From the NCBI GenBank assembly GCA_022605425.2, contig JAKIMF020000004.1:1116001-1180000 (forward strand): 64,000 nt of DNA, read 5' to 3'. Of the stretch, positions 39,246 through 51,286 are shown piece after piece. The position numbers and the translations under genes were made by a program. Position 1 is the first letter of the stretch. Each line of letters begins with the position of its first letter. The notes below the pieces were generated by a model. It saw only the letters and a list, made by a program, of their open reading frames with translations, was not told where the DNA came from and ran no database searches. The DNA comes from Hamiltosporidium tvaerminnensis FI-OER-3-3 (taxonomy: Eukaryota > Fungi > Microsporidia).

Positions 39246-41904
39246 TATATGGAACCCACCGATTTTTTTAAAAATATAATTTATCATCTTAATAAAATAT
39301 TTGCTGTATTGAGAATTCAATATTACTAAAAATGAATAACTTATAAATTATGCTAAAAAATCGCAAAAACTTTTGTTAAGAGGTTTTTAAGCATAAATGT
39401 ATCCAATTAAAGATTACCAATTCATTTATTCTTTCATATCTTTTTTTCTACTTAAAATATTCTGTTACCTGGTCGTTTTATTAAAAGTCATTTTCCAAAT
39501 TAAAATGTGTTTTTAATCGTAATTCTTTGCAATAATCGGCATTTACCAATTTTAAGCCTTTAAGCAAGAACAATTGCTTGCTAATCTGTGTATCTGATCA
39601 GCGCATTTTTCTCAATGCAGCTCTGCACTCTGATCGAATTGTTAAGTTATTTCACTACTCTTTATGCATTCAACTCGCCATCAATCAAACGAAACAATTT
39701 ATACTATTCTTTTTGAAATCAATATCTTGATTTATCTTAGTATTTTTGTTGAATACACGTTTTTTTAGTATATTATTAAAATATTTCGTCATTATATATT
39801 GCTTTGTTCAAAAATTACGAAATATTTATGCCTCGAATTTATACATAAGACTACTTCTGTAACTACCAGATCCTAAATCTTACTCTCAAATCTGAAGGTT
39901 TATCTATTTGACAAAAGTTTCGTAAAGATAATTCAGTAAGTATCTTAGTAATAAATTCTTAATCCTATTTAAGTATTAAGGTGTGTGATTTGGAAAATGC
40001 ATCTCGATTGAAGCTTTGTACCATATTTTATTCCTATACACTCGTTTAGAGAATTTCTTGAACTGAGTGATTATAATTCATTTTTTTTGACATAAATTTG
40101 AATTTATTTAAAAGATTTGGATGTTGAAACATGAAAAATTTGTTGTAATGATGCGTATAGTTGAGTCTAATTTTTTTTCGTTCTTACCTGTTGATTTCAT
40201 TATTAGCTTTGAAAACCTTATCAATCAGATACTCAATTTCCGCAAGCCAGAGTATTTTTATATTCTGTATAGAGCAAAGAAATTCTTTCTAAGTTTACAC
40301 ACAACTTTTTTTTCTTTAGTCACTATCCACAATTAGGACATAAAATGACTAGTTTTTTCTAGCATTCTATAATTTTAAAAGCAGTTTGAGTTTTTCTATT
40401 CATTCATATAAATTAACTAGTTGAGGCTCATCTAATTTCTTCTTTGTTCTTCTCTGCGAACACAAAATTTACTTTTAAGTAGTCTTTTATTCGAATACTA
40501 AAAATTTTTAAATTATTCTCAACTTTTGGTATTTGGGCTCTTTTGGTGATTTTCTTTGGTTTTTCAAGAAAATCTCAATGTAGCAAAAGCATAATTCGAT
40601 TTTAAACTTAACACTTTTAGACTTTTCCAAGTTTTTTTTTGAGATGGAGTAGACAATATTTGAATCCGGTGCTTAAAATTTATATTTCTTATAGCAAGTT
40701 CGTTTTTACACCATCTTACTTTAGAGTCGCCAAGCCAAAATCAAACTACTTTTATGGGATAATTAATTAAAAATATTGCCTCCTAGGGAATTACATATGT
40801 AGGGTTTGGGTATTTGATCTCGTGCAACGGAGCTTCCCTGGTGATGGTATAAATTTCGTCTGTACATATGCTACATGTTTTTGTGTTAGAAGCACTAAAT
40901 ATGTTAATTGATCGAGTCTATTTATATATCCATTTCCCTTTAAAAGACAGTTTATTTCCAGACTGACGATCATTTAATATTTATTCCATCTATTTATTTT
41001 TAAAACGTGTTGTTTATAAATTTTTAAACTTATTGGTCCTCTTTTCGATGTTTTTTTTCAGAATTAAGCAAGGCCAAAGTTAACCAATGAGCAAGAGATG
41101 ATTTGCAATGTGATTAATTTAGTTTTTATTGTCCTTTTTAGGTATTTCTGATGTAACTTTCGGCTTAATACTTGAAGATATAACACAAAGAATAAAACTG
41201 AAAAATCAATTTTTTCCAAAAACTTTTTTTAATTTTTGTTTCATAATTTATTAGTTCTTACTGATTTATCCATTTGATTTAAAATTACGACCTCTATAAA
41301 TTTAATATTTAATCCGGTAAGTTCGGATTTCAATGCATTATTTAAGACAAACTTGCCCCATTGCAAGGTTTAAAATACTTTTTAGCTAGTGGTTCATATT
41401 GACTTCTTTAATAAGTCTCGATGTCTAGATACTCTTTATTTTTAATACCAGGGAATTGAAAGGTATGCCTTCTAGTTTTAATATTAAAATTTTCATACAG
41501 ATATCCGAAAAAATAAATTACTTCGTAATAATTTTTTTTGGAAAAATATTCAAATACATTACCGAAATTTTATAAGGTTTTTCAGCTATACATAATTAAA
41601 TTCAGTACATCATATTTCTTAAGGTTTTATTTCGGTTTCGGCACTAAAATTCTAAGTAAAAAGATTTTCTACAATGAAATACAAAATAAATATTTACGAA
41701 TCTAAATTAACAGATAAGCACGTGGAGTTATTATTGCCAATTTCTACGATTGTTTAGATCGTCAAGTTCAAGAAATTATTTTTAAAATCTTTTAATTAAC
41801 TCGTTCTCTCAAGTAATTAATCCTGCCATACTTCTTTTGCTATTCCATTTTTAATATTTAGAATAAATAATAATAAAAATAATGTTCAAAAAAAGTCGCT
41901 TGCT

Positions 41905-42012
41905 ATATAGATTTTTGTTGTATTACAAATTCAATATATAAATTATCTATAATTGTAGATTTTTGTTGTATTGCAAATTCAATAATAAATTAACTATAAT
42001 TGTAGATTTTTT
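41905..42012. repeat. Local ~50-bp tandem duplication
   Basis: TAGATTTTTGTTGTATT(A/G)CAAATTCAATA...CTATAATTG occurs twice, plus a partial third copy. Confidence 0.75.
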
Positions 42013-44299
42013 ATATAATGCTCATATTTTTTGGATTATTCGTATAAAAATACCTCATCTACAAAAAATATCGTGAAGGACCAGATAAATGAGTCTACGA
42101 TCTAAAGGTTAAACCTCATGCTCTATTGAAGCATGTGTTCGACAAATTTTACAATGCATTTGGATTGTTATATAGCTCTTTGTTTAAATGAGCCTTGTAC
42201 TAACACTATTTTTTGCCTTTTAAAACCTGCGACCACATTATATCGGTTATCGGCCAGTAGAACTAGCTATTTAATTTCTACATGAATGACTTTTGCAATA
42301 CACATAGTGGTCAGCGTGTAAAGGTTTAACATACGAGAAATTAGATGTATTGAGTCCCTTTCTGTAGTCAAACTTGAATATCAGAGAACTCGATTTCGAT
42401 AAAACTAATTAGGTAAAGAGAGATTTTCTTAAACAAAAAATAACTTTGGTAATATCGTAAAGATATTTATTAAGAATTTTAAGATTTCTAATTTAAATGC
42501 AGATACACTCAAATCAACAGCTTCTAATTAAAGCTGATTAATGATACATACAAATATTTGAATTGAGGAAACGACTGTTGGCAAGTATCTGAAAGTTTTC
42601 AAATGCTTATCCTACGTAAAAATTAATTCTTTTTGTTAGACATTGTGAAAAAATTCAAAATTTTGTTTAAATGCACAACATCTTAGAATTCGTAGCTCTC
42701 AGAATGCCTGATAATATACACCTCGAGATAACCTAAACATAAAGATTTCTATTTTGAAGGTTTTCCTACCGTCTCACCGGAATAGTTTCGGTAAGCGCAT
42801 TCACAAGATAATTATTTTTTTAATGAAACCTTTAACGATAATATGTCGCGTTTAGATCCAATTAATCTCTCGCCTTCGTTTTTGAAATTTTTTTGTCTGA
42901 TGAGACGAGTTTTTCATGTATGCTTTGATGAGAATATCATTTTTAGGTTTAAACACCAAGATTTACCCTTGAATTTTCTTTACCTGTAAAACCTGGCTTC
43001 TCGTTACGTGTTTTCTTTTCTTAACATACTTAATGCACCTGGAAGATTCGCTTTACATCCGATTTTATCGTCGGTATATCAGTTCGGATATAAATCGACT
43101 ATTCGAGCAATTAAATTCAGAATTATGCTTTCAAATAGGCTTTTAACATTTTTGCTTATGAACTACTCGTTTTCTGTTTTCCTTCTCTTATATTTCTTTG
43201 ATTGTTTTAAATACTTTCTATAGAGCCTTTTGACAAGATTTCATTTATCTTTAAACATTGCTCGCATAAGGAAAAGCTAGTAAATGGTACTTAATATTCT
43301 CTTTTGGCCGGGTTATTTTGCTCGCTACCAAATCCAGGGTTTTTTGGCACATCCATATTTCTACATGAAAAAATCTCTTTATGTTATTTTTATCCCTTTT
43401 CAACATTCCTAAGATTAAACCAAACCTTGTCTGTGCTGCAAAAAGAACTTCGAATAAATTTCCGACCCTTAGATTCAACAATTCTGAGTATAGTTCGAAG
43501 TACTATTAGTCTTTGAAAATAGGTAAACACGGGCGATTTTATTACTAGCTTTATATCTGGCTCATAGGGTTCTTCACTTAATTGTTTTTAGGTGTAGATA
43601 ACAAGGGCATGTTGTTAATAAAACATATCGACATGCTTGATTTACACTATGATTGTTCTATAAATGCGTTTCGAATGACAGGTGGGTGTGCTGGGGAGCC
43701 TGTTGGTGGCTATTTTTTTAGATGATTTGCTCGCTTTTTTACTTTATTATCTTCTTTGCAGGTTCCATCACTTTTTTTCTTTTTAGCTACCTTCATTTTT
43801 TTATACCTTTTCAAATATACAAATTATCAAATAAAATACATTTTTTCATGCCTAACTATTTTACTGTTTTCTATTTTTTTAGCTTTTATTATGTTTACAA
43901 ATCGAAAGAAGTATTGGCTTTTAGATATATAGCTAAACAGCATAAAACAGTCTATAAATGTATCGAGGCTTTCTATTCTTAGGTTTTTTTTCTTTTGTGT
44001 TTATATTTTATATACTAGATAACTTTATTGTAACTAAAATGTGAATGTGTATATATTGTATAAATAAAGAAAAAAAATTCAACGACATATTTTAAATTCG
44101 GTCAGCATAAAGAATCGTGTAAATCTTAAGAGATCTAATAATAAATATCTGAAACTTTACTTGGTTAATGATTTCATGAATACGCAAAAACTTTCATTTA
44201 ATAAAAAATAAAACATTAGACTTCAAAATTGGTAAATGAATTATTTAAATTTCTATATTTAAACATTGTTTTTCGGTGCTGATACTACCTAAGACAGCC

Positions 44300-46060
44300 A
44301 TCGTTTCAAAAATAATCTTTTTGAGCTGCTTTCAATTACTAATTATCAAGTTATAGACGATGGAGTAAAATCAAAGAGCGGAAGCTTAGTAGAAAGGGCA
44401 AAATAGGTTATAAAATATATGACGGAAGAATAAAATTGATTAAATAGAGCTAAAAAGTGGATCAGGCTTTAAAAAAGAGTTTGCGCATATAAATGCGCAA
44501 AAGACGATGCCATAAAGATATCAAAATTTGTGCTTTTCTCTTGGAAATTAGGTTTTAATAATTCCCTTCGTTTAGCATAATAGCAGAAAACAAAGCAAGG
44601 CTAATTTAATGGTACCTACTATTAAATAAGTTTCTGTTGTGTTACTAGAATTAGAATGCGCATGGTAACCAAGCTTAGTGATTGCTCCGAAGCGTAGGAT
44701 AAAACAACAGAACAGTAACACCCATAATTACCTCGAATAAATCTAAATATCGATAATTATAGAACATTTCCGCAAATTTGTAAATTTTATTTCTAAATCT
44801 TAGAGAAAAAAGGCATATTAAAAATGAATTAACCGAGTCTGGAGCTTTTTGTCTGTTGTTAAAAGGGCCTAATAAAATTTCCTGTACATAAATATAAAGA
44901 ATATGTCCAATTTTGACTCTTTTTAGGTTAAATTAGTTCTTATTATGACATATATTTTGAGAAATAACATTCTTGAAGGAGAATAATGAAATTGATTAGA
45001 ACAGTTTACAAGTACCTAAAAAATTGCATTTAAACTTTTCTTTAGCGAATACATCTATGCCCATTTTTTATATGCCAAAATATCTTATACAATGATAACA
45101 GATTTTTTTAGAAATTGATTAAATTACCCAATTATATAAACGGTTTTTAAATTGATCTCTATTAAATTTAAGAAGAAAATCACTCCATTTGTTTTGAATA
45201 TCTGTCGATTCAAAGGCGAATAATAGTAAATAACGGAGAGCTAAAAATACAAAAATGTAACCAGAGATATAAAAGCACAAAGGGAATGCACTTTCCCGTA
45301 TGCCTTTTATAATCCCTGCCAAAAAAGCTATTATAATGGTAAGAAATGCTTCGAAAGCATATATACAACAAAGAAGTACAGTATTTAGGCTGTACGATGA
45401 CATTGATGACATAGCGAAAAAGATTAAACCGCTCTGCAGATCTATCAGGAAGATTGAACATGAAACACGAAAGGCAGAGTTTCATACGACCGAAAAAAAC
45501 AGAGTACATGATGACTCCGAGAAATCTGGATAATATTGCCTTTATACGTAAATTCTAACCACTTCGAGATTATAGCTTTTTATTGAATATCTAGGAGTGC
45601 TTCTGACAAATAATAGTAGAATGTTGCAGGAAATAATGCATATATTGACTCACAAGAAATCCTATAATCATGACCTTTAAGCGGTGAAGCAAAAAATAAC
45701 ACATATGAATATTTTGAGATCCATAGTGATGTACGGCTACAAAACTTAAATATTGGCAAAGCGTAATGAAGTGATGTTACGCATTAAGGTCAAAAGATTC
45801 ATCAAAATTTGCGAGCCAATAATAAACCAGCAAGAATGTGGAGAACACGTAAGAAATTGAGCCCCAGCATTTATTTTGGTATAAAGAATGGGTAAACGAT
45901 GTTAAAAGAACAAGAATCCGACGACTACGCCATCTGGAGGAATGCTAGAAAGAAAAGCATTGAAAAGAGGTTATATGTATAATCCCAATGTCGATGCTTT
46001 CTGGTCGTTCCAAAACTAGATGGCTAGATGATTTAAAAACAAAATCTCAGTAACTTTGGT
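44300..46060 (+). mobile_element. Highly decayed RTE-clade non-LTR retrotransposon
   Basis: Remnants in order: QA/GF(K) near 44460, IVMYGYKT* (YGCETW-like, about 45725), RIRRLRHL (about 45915) and GRSKTRWLDDLK (about 46003). These are typical of the RTE C-terminal region. Boundaries are approximate. Confidence 0.65.
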
Positions 46061-46416
46061 TAAGACGAATGGAAAATATTTTGCTTCATCATGACAATCA
46101 AAAGTTTATAGCAAATGAGACCAAGGCTCTTAATGAGCTGCAAATCATTGAGTAACTATGAATTATAGTGTGCAAGAAACTATTAAAAATGAAGAGGAAA
46201 TATAGTAAGCGAGAGCTATATTGGACCCTGATGGAGCTTAATAGATAGGCTTAACCAATTAAGAAAGCGCCTTAGATCATTTTACGGGGTTTGAATTAAT
46301 TTAGTACAAATGACGACTATTTGGGATTATTTTTAACAATCAAGTATTAATCTTAGATTTAAAGTATATTTTATCAAAGAAGAATGAATAAAATCACAGA
46401 TTTTAATGAAAATATT

Positions 46417-46830
46417 TTATTGAACCTTATGGTAAGTGAAATAAAATGATCCCGAAATAATATCAACTATAAGTATAATCAACATCGTTATGTTATAAAA
46501 AGATATTTCGTGGCAATAAAAATATCGCTTTACGTTTTTTAATTCAAAAAATGAATAAATCAAATAAAATATTTTTATAAATATTGAAAAACCAGCCAAT
46601 AATGTTAGTTTTACTGCATGCTCATTCGATAAGTTTGAGATTTGTATCCAATTAAGAGTAAACAATGCCGTCATTAATATAAAAAATATGATTATGTTCG
46701 TGATGTCTTGTTGTTGAAGTTTGAAATTATTTTCCTGGTCTGAGTTTAATGATTCGTTTGTGGAATCTAAGCGAGAAAAGTCATTCTGTCTTAATAAGTT
46801 CGCAACATTCAATTTCAAAGAGGAATTCAT
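46417..46830 (-). CDS. Small 3-TM membrane protein, family B
   Basis: 137-aa ORF, MNSSLKLN...NESLNSDQENN; homologous to 38826-39245, including about 150 bp of upstream DNA. Confidence 0.75.
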   Translation of the reverse strand: MNSSLKLNVANLLRQNDFSRLDSTNESLNSDQENNFKLQQQDITNIIIFFILMTALFTLNWIQISNLSNEHAVKLTLLAGFSIFIKIFYLIYSFFELKNVKRYFYCHEISFYNITMLIILIVDIISGSFYFTYHKVQ

Positions 46831-49481
46831 TATATGGAAGCTAGAATTTCTTTTTTTAAAAAAATTTAATTTATCATTTTTTATAAATAATTATTTGCTC
46901 CGTTTGGAATTTAATATTGCCAATAAAGGAAACTTAAAAATTAAGCAGTGAAAAAAATTAAGAAACTACTATATAAAGGTTTTAGTGCATGGATTTATTT
47001 TAAATTGATTATATTCCGTAAATTCCATATTTATTTTCTCTTTCGACCCATAATCGTTTCGGCTTGCCGTTATTATTAAAATCTTCGGTTGAACATTAGA
47101 TACGGTTAGAGAGAAATGAAATTTATTTTTGTCGCATTTTTCTCTATTTAATTTTTATTAACAAAATTCGTGTAAAATAATATCCGCTTTATTTAATATA
47201 TACTTTCAATTAATTTTCAAAAAGTTTACTTTTAATTTTAAATCGATGATTCCTTTTAAAAAATATTCGTAAATGAAATCATTCAACTTAAGCCTTTTGT
47301 TAAAATTATGTTTTGTTTTAAAACTTTCAGATCTCGACTATAAATTTTCGATTATGTTGTTATTAATACCTGATTCCCGTATAAAATATGTTAAAAGGTT
47401 TACACTATCATAAGAAAAGAATTTTGTTTCTTTCTAATTGTTGTAGGCATGAATGGTGTTCATCGGAATATAAGGTTCATCTTAAAAGATATATTATATC
47501 TAGCATTTTTTAAAAAAACCAAAAGTTCTATTTGTAACAATTTGCATATAGAATCTCTTTGTCGTTCTCAAAATAGCTCCTCACACCCATTGTGGGCAGA
47601 TAAGACTCATCTATTATACTTTCTTTTGACTATAACTATTTCATATATTTACCTACCTGTTCACGCCCAACAATTTTTTTCACAAGAATACAAGCAATCG
47701 TTTTGCATTAGATATCTTAGGTTCTTTAATAGTGTCTGTTATAGTTGCATCTGAAAAATCATGCATGGCTCTGATGGATCATATGGTAATTCAAAAGTAT
47801 ATCTTCAAATGATATAAATTACATCATGAATTCCGATTTTTAAGTTTTCAATTACACTAAAGCAATATTCGGTTATATTTCTTATCACAAAACGTACAGC
47901 AGAAAAGAATCCTTCATAGAGAAAGAATCTAGGTGTTAAGTCTTCTATTTCAAACATAACATGATTTTGCTAATTATGCCTTTCTAAGAAAAAAAATTAC
48001 ATCTCTATGTTACTATCGTTTCTTACTTGTATTTCGAAGCTTTTGATAAATAGTTTTCTAATTTTAACAAGTACCATAACAAATAGAAAATTTAATGCGA
48101 AATTCAAATAGTTATTAAAGTTATATATTTTGTAATATTTAAATTTTTCATTGTAAATTGATAAAAAAAGAGGTAAAAATAAAAACTAAATTCCCTTAAA
48201 AAATTTTTATTTTCCCTCTGACCTTCATCGAGATTCCAACCAAATCATCTTCCATATTAAATTTTTGGATTACTTGTCTTTCTTTTATACAATTCAAGTT
48301 TGCTATTTTTGTGAATTGAGTCTAAAACTGCTGTATTGCTAAAATATGTGTGCGGATTAGCGCGTATAATGCAAAGCAGTTCTGTAGTCTATCTCACATT
48401 TTTTTATATTATTCTTTGTGCGATAAAAATTCAGTTCTTTTAAGAATAAATATAAAGAATTTTTACTGAATTTCGCTGTCAATAATCCGGGTTATGAGAT
48501 TCATTTCTCCAAAACTACGGATTTTTAATGTATTAATTAAAATATTTTGTCATTATATATTGTTTCGCTAATAATATCAAAAACCAGTTCCACAACAAAA
48601 TTTTAAATTAGACTTGAATTCATAACAAGAAGTCTTCTATCTTTAGTTTGATAATTGGATTTAATTTGAAAGAGCCTTGAAACGCGATTCCTAATTCAAG
48701 GCATCCATCTTGATTTTAGTCTTATCTAAAATTAAAATTCCAGATTTATAAAGCCATATCTTAATATTTCCGCACAAATGCGTTCAAACTGTTGAAGTGT
48801 GTGACTTCTGATTCGTTTCTAAGACTTAAATTTAATTTTATTAAAATTATTTAGACGTTCATATCAAACCAATTGTCTGAGAATATTTGTATAGTTGTGT
48901 CTAGGCATTTAAAAATTTTCCATCGCTAAATACATTATTGATCTTTCAAAAATCTACCAATATATACACTTTATTTCTGCACGCCTAAATGTATTTATAT
49001 TGTGTATATAGCCATCAATTTGCTTTCTCGGGCTACCACGAGTTAATTTTCTGATTCCCCGAAATAAACCAGAATATCCAACAGCTCATAATTTCTAGAT
49101 TTCTATTATTGTGTGAAGTTTTATGTTTCTAATTCAACATTCAAATCCGCCATTAAGCTGAATTAAAGATTATCTTAATTCAACCTATATTTTACAAGCT
49201 CGATTTTCTACTAATGCAAGTTTGGATTAATTAGTATTTTTCGACTTGTGGATTTCTGCTGCTCCCTTTAGTGATTCGAATTTACTACTTTACAGAAAAT
49301 TCAAGACAGGAAGAAGTAGGTATTTACTTACAATTAAACACCAGTAGGGCATTTTATAAGTTCTGTTCTGGAAGTTAGAATTTTATAAAACCACAATACT
49401 AATATAGTAGTACTATGGGCATTCTCCAAACAACATAAATTTCTTATCTATAAATATAATTAAGAATATATCATTCATCAG

Positions 49482-50216
49482 AAGTGGAGGGAGGATAACC
49501 ACATAAAAAACTTTCTGCTTGGCAATGAGTGTGTGAATCTGGTGTGAAGATCATTGTTTGGATTTTTAGTGGGAATAAAACCACACTACATCTTCGGTTG
49601 TTCAATGAGAGTTGTTATGTGGAGAAGAGGTCTAAGAACTGGCGAAACTTTTTCTACAAATTTATTTGTAGTTTTTTATGTAACCAGATTGCAGACCGCA
49701 GCTGAACATGTAGGTAATTGCCATGTAAAAGCATGGAAACCTAGCCTTGCTCACTCGGGTTAGAAGATTTAGCGCCTGGGAGATATAAAAATAAAAACCC
49801 TTAAAAGCCGGGAGAGCTAAGTAGCAGGTTATACCCGTTGGTATGACATTACACTGTCTAGGTGGACCCCATGTAGTTCTCTGAAATATATCTTAGCTAG
49901 AAGTTTATTAGGTTCAGAAAGTGTAGAGTAAGTGGGAATGCTGCATAGTCTTGGGGGAGCCCAGGGGGAGGTTTCGGCCTTCGATTACACTCCATGAAAC
50001 GGACATTAACAAACTCCGGGCAACTACCTCGCCTATTAATTAGGTTCTAAACACCTGGTAGATGAAAGGCTTTGGGACGTAGATATCGCAGGGTTTACTG
50101 ATGGAGTTTTGGGGTAGCAGTTATTTATGTTAAACCTAGAACTGCGTTAATGTCATGAAAACAAATATAACACTTGCCACTGTTTTAAAAAAGATGTGAT
50201 ACTTTTAAATAAAGTT
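49482..50216 (+). mobile_element. ~730-nt non-coding retroposon, copy 5, with a perfect 13-bp TSD
   Basis: TATCATTCATCAG at 49469-49481 and 50217-50229 brackets AAGTGGAGGGAGG...TTTTAAATAAAGTT. Confidence 0.95.
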
Positions 50217-51119
50217 TATCATTCATCAGTATAAAAATATGAAATACACTTTCAAATCGAATCAAAAACAACCAGAGTACATCCCATTATTTAAAATTTT
50301 ATATTTTTTTTCTTAATAAGATATACATTTTAATTAATTAATTCTCAGAATATGTTTTAATAAATATAAAATCTAATTCAATATAATAAAATGAAGTATG
50401 GATATTGTGTTTAAATAATGTCATATGTAATAAATCTGTACTGTATCGATATAAAATTAACAAATTAAGTATAAAAAATACGAAGCACTAGTTTTAATGT
50501 AAAAATATATTTAATCTAATAATTGGAAAAATTATTTCTGAAATTTATTTTTTCAAGAAGACTTTGAAAATCTTTAATAATCGTATAAAAAGACCCGAAC
50601 TTTCCTCTCATTTTTTTATCTGTTGATATATAACGTAGTAAAGAAATAATAGCAAATAATGATGAATTATAGACATATAATACACCCAACACCCGAATGT
50701 AGAAACAGATTACAATAATTAAATAAAACAATAAAAAAATAGGATATAAATGTGGTACAACGTAAAAGGCACTCTATAGCTATTTTTTTAGTTAAAATTT
50801 TTAATTTTTACCAAAATTCATAAAACCAAAGTAGAAAGCCAAATCCTTTTTCAAAACAGTAAAATCACCAATAAAAAATAAAAATAAATTAAAATCAAAC
50901 AGTAGTCTTTAGTTGAATATAAATAGATTTACTATTTTTTTACATAAATTTTAAAAAAATAAATCAATCTCTATTTTTTCTTAATAAGCAAATTTATATA
51001 AATACTAAAAACCACCACCTAATAATACAAAGCACATCTAAACACCACCTAATACCATTAAACACATCGTTATACCCACTAAAAAAATTTTTAATTTAAA
51101 AAGATCTATTTCGATAAAA

Positions 51120-51286
51120 AATTCTTTTAATTAAAAAAATATTTTTCACCCAATAAAAAACTATTTTAATTAAAAAAATATTTTTCAACCAATAAAATAA
51201 TTACAAATGGATTTAAAATAAATTAAAAAAAAAATTTAACGGAAAAAAAAATATTTTATTTTGTATTTTAAATCCCCCTAAAAAAA
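51120..51286 (+). promoter_or_regulatory. Putative promoter: duplicated CCAAT-containing unit and CCC motif
   Basis: TTTTAATTAAAAAAATATTTTTCA(C/A)CCAATAAAA occurs twice; CCCCC lies 8 nt before the ATG at 51287. Confidence 0.5.

Noticed and set aside
42700-43700. GC-enriched decayed coding-like DNA, possibly a TE
   Set aside because: No diagnostic motif recognised.
47400-47970. Possible hAT transposase remnant (HMIHQ-like motif on the minus strand)
   Set aside because: A single weak motif with no TIRs or TSD found.
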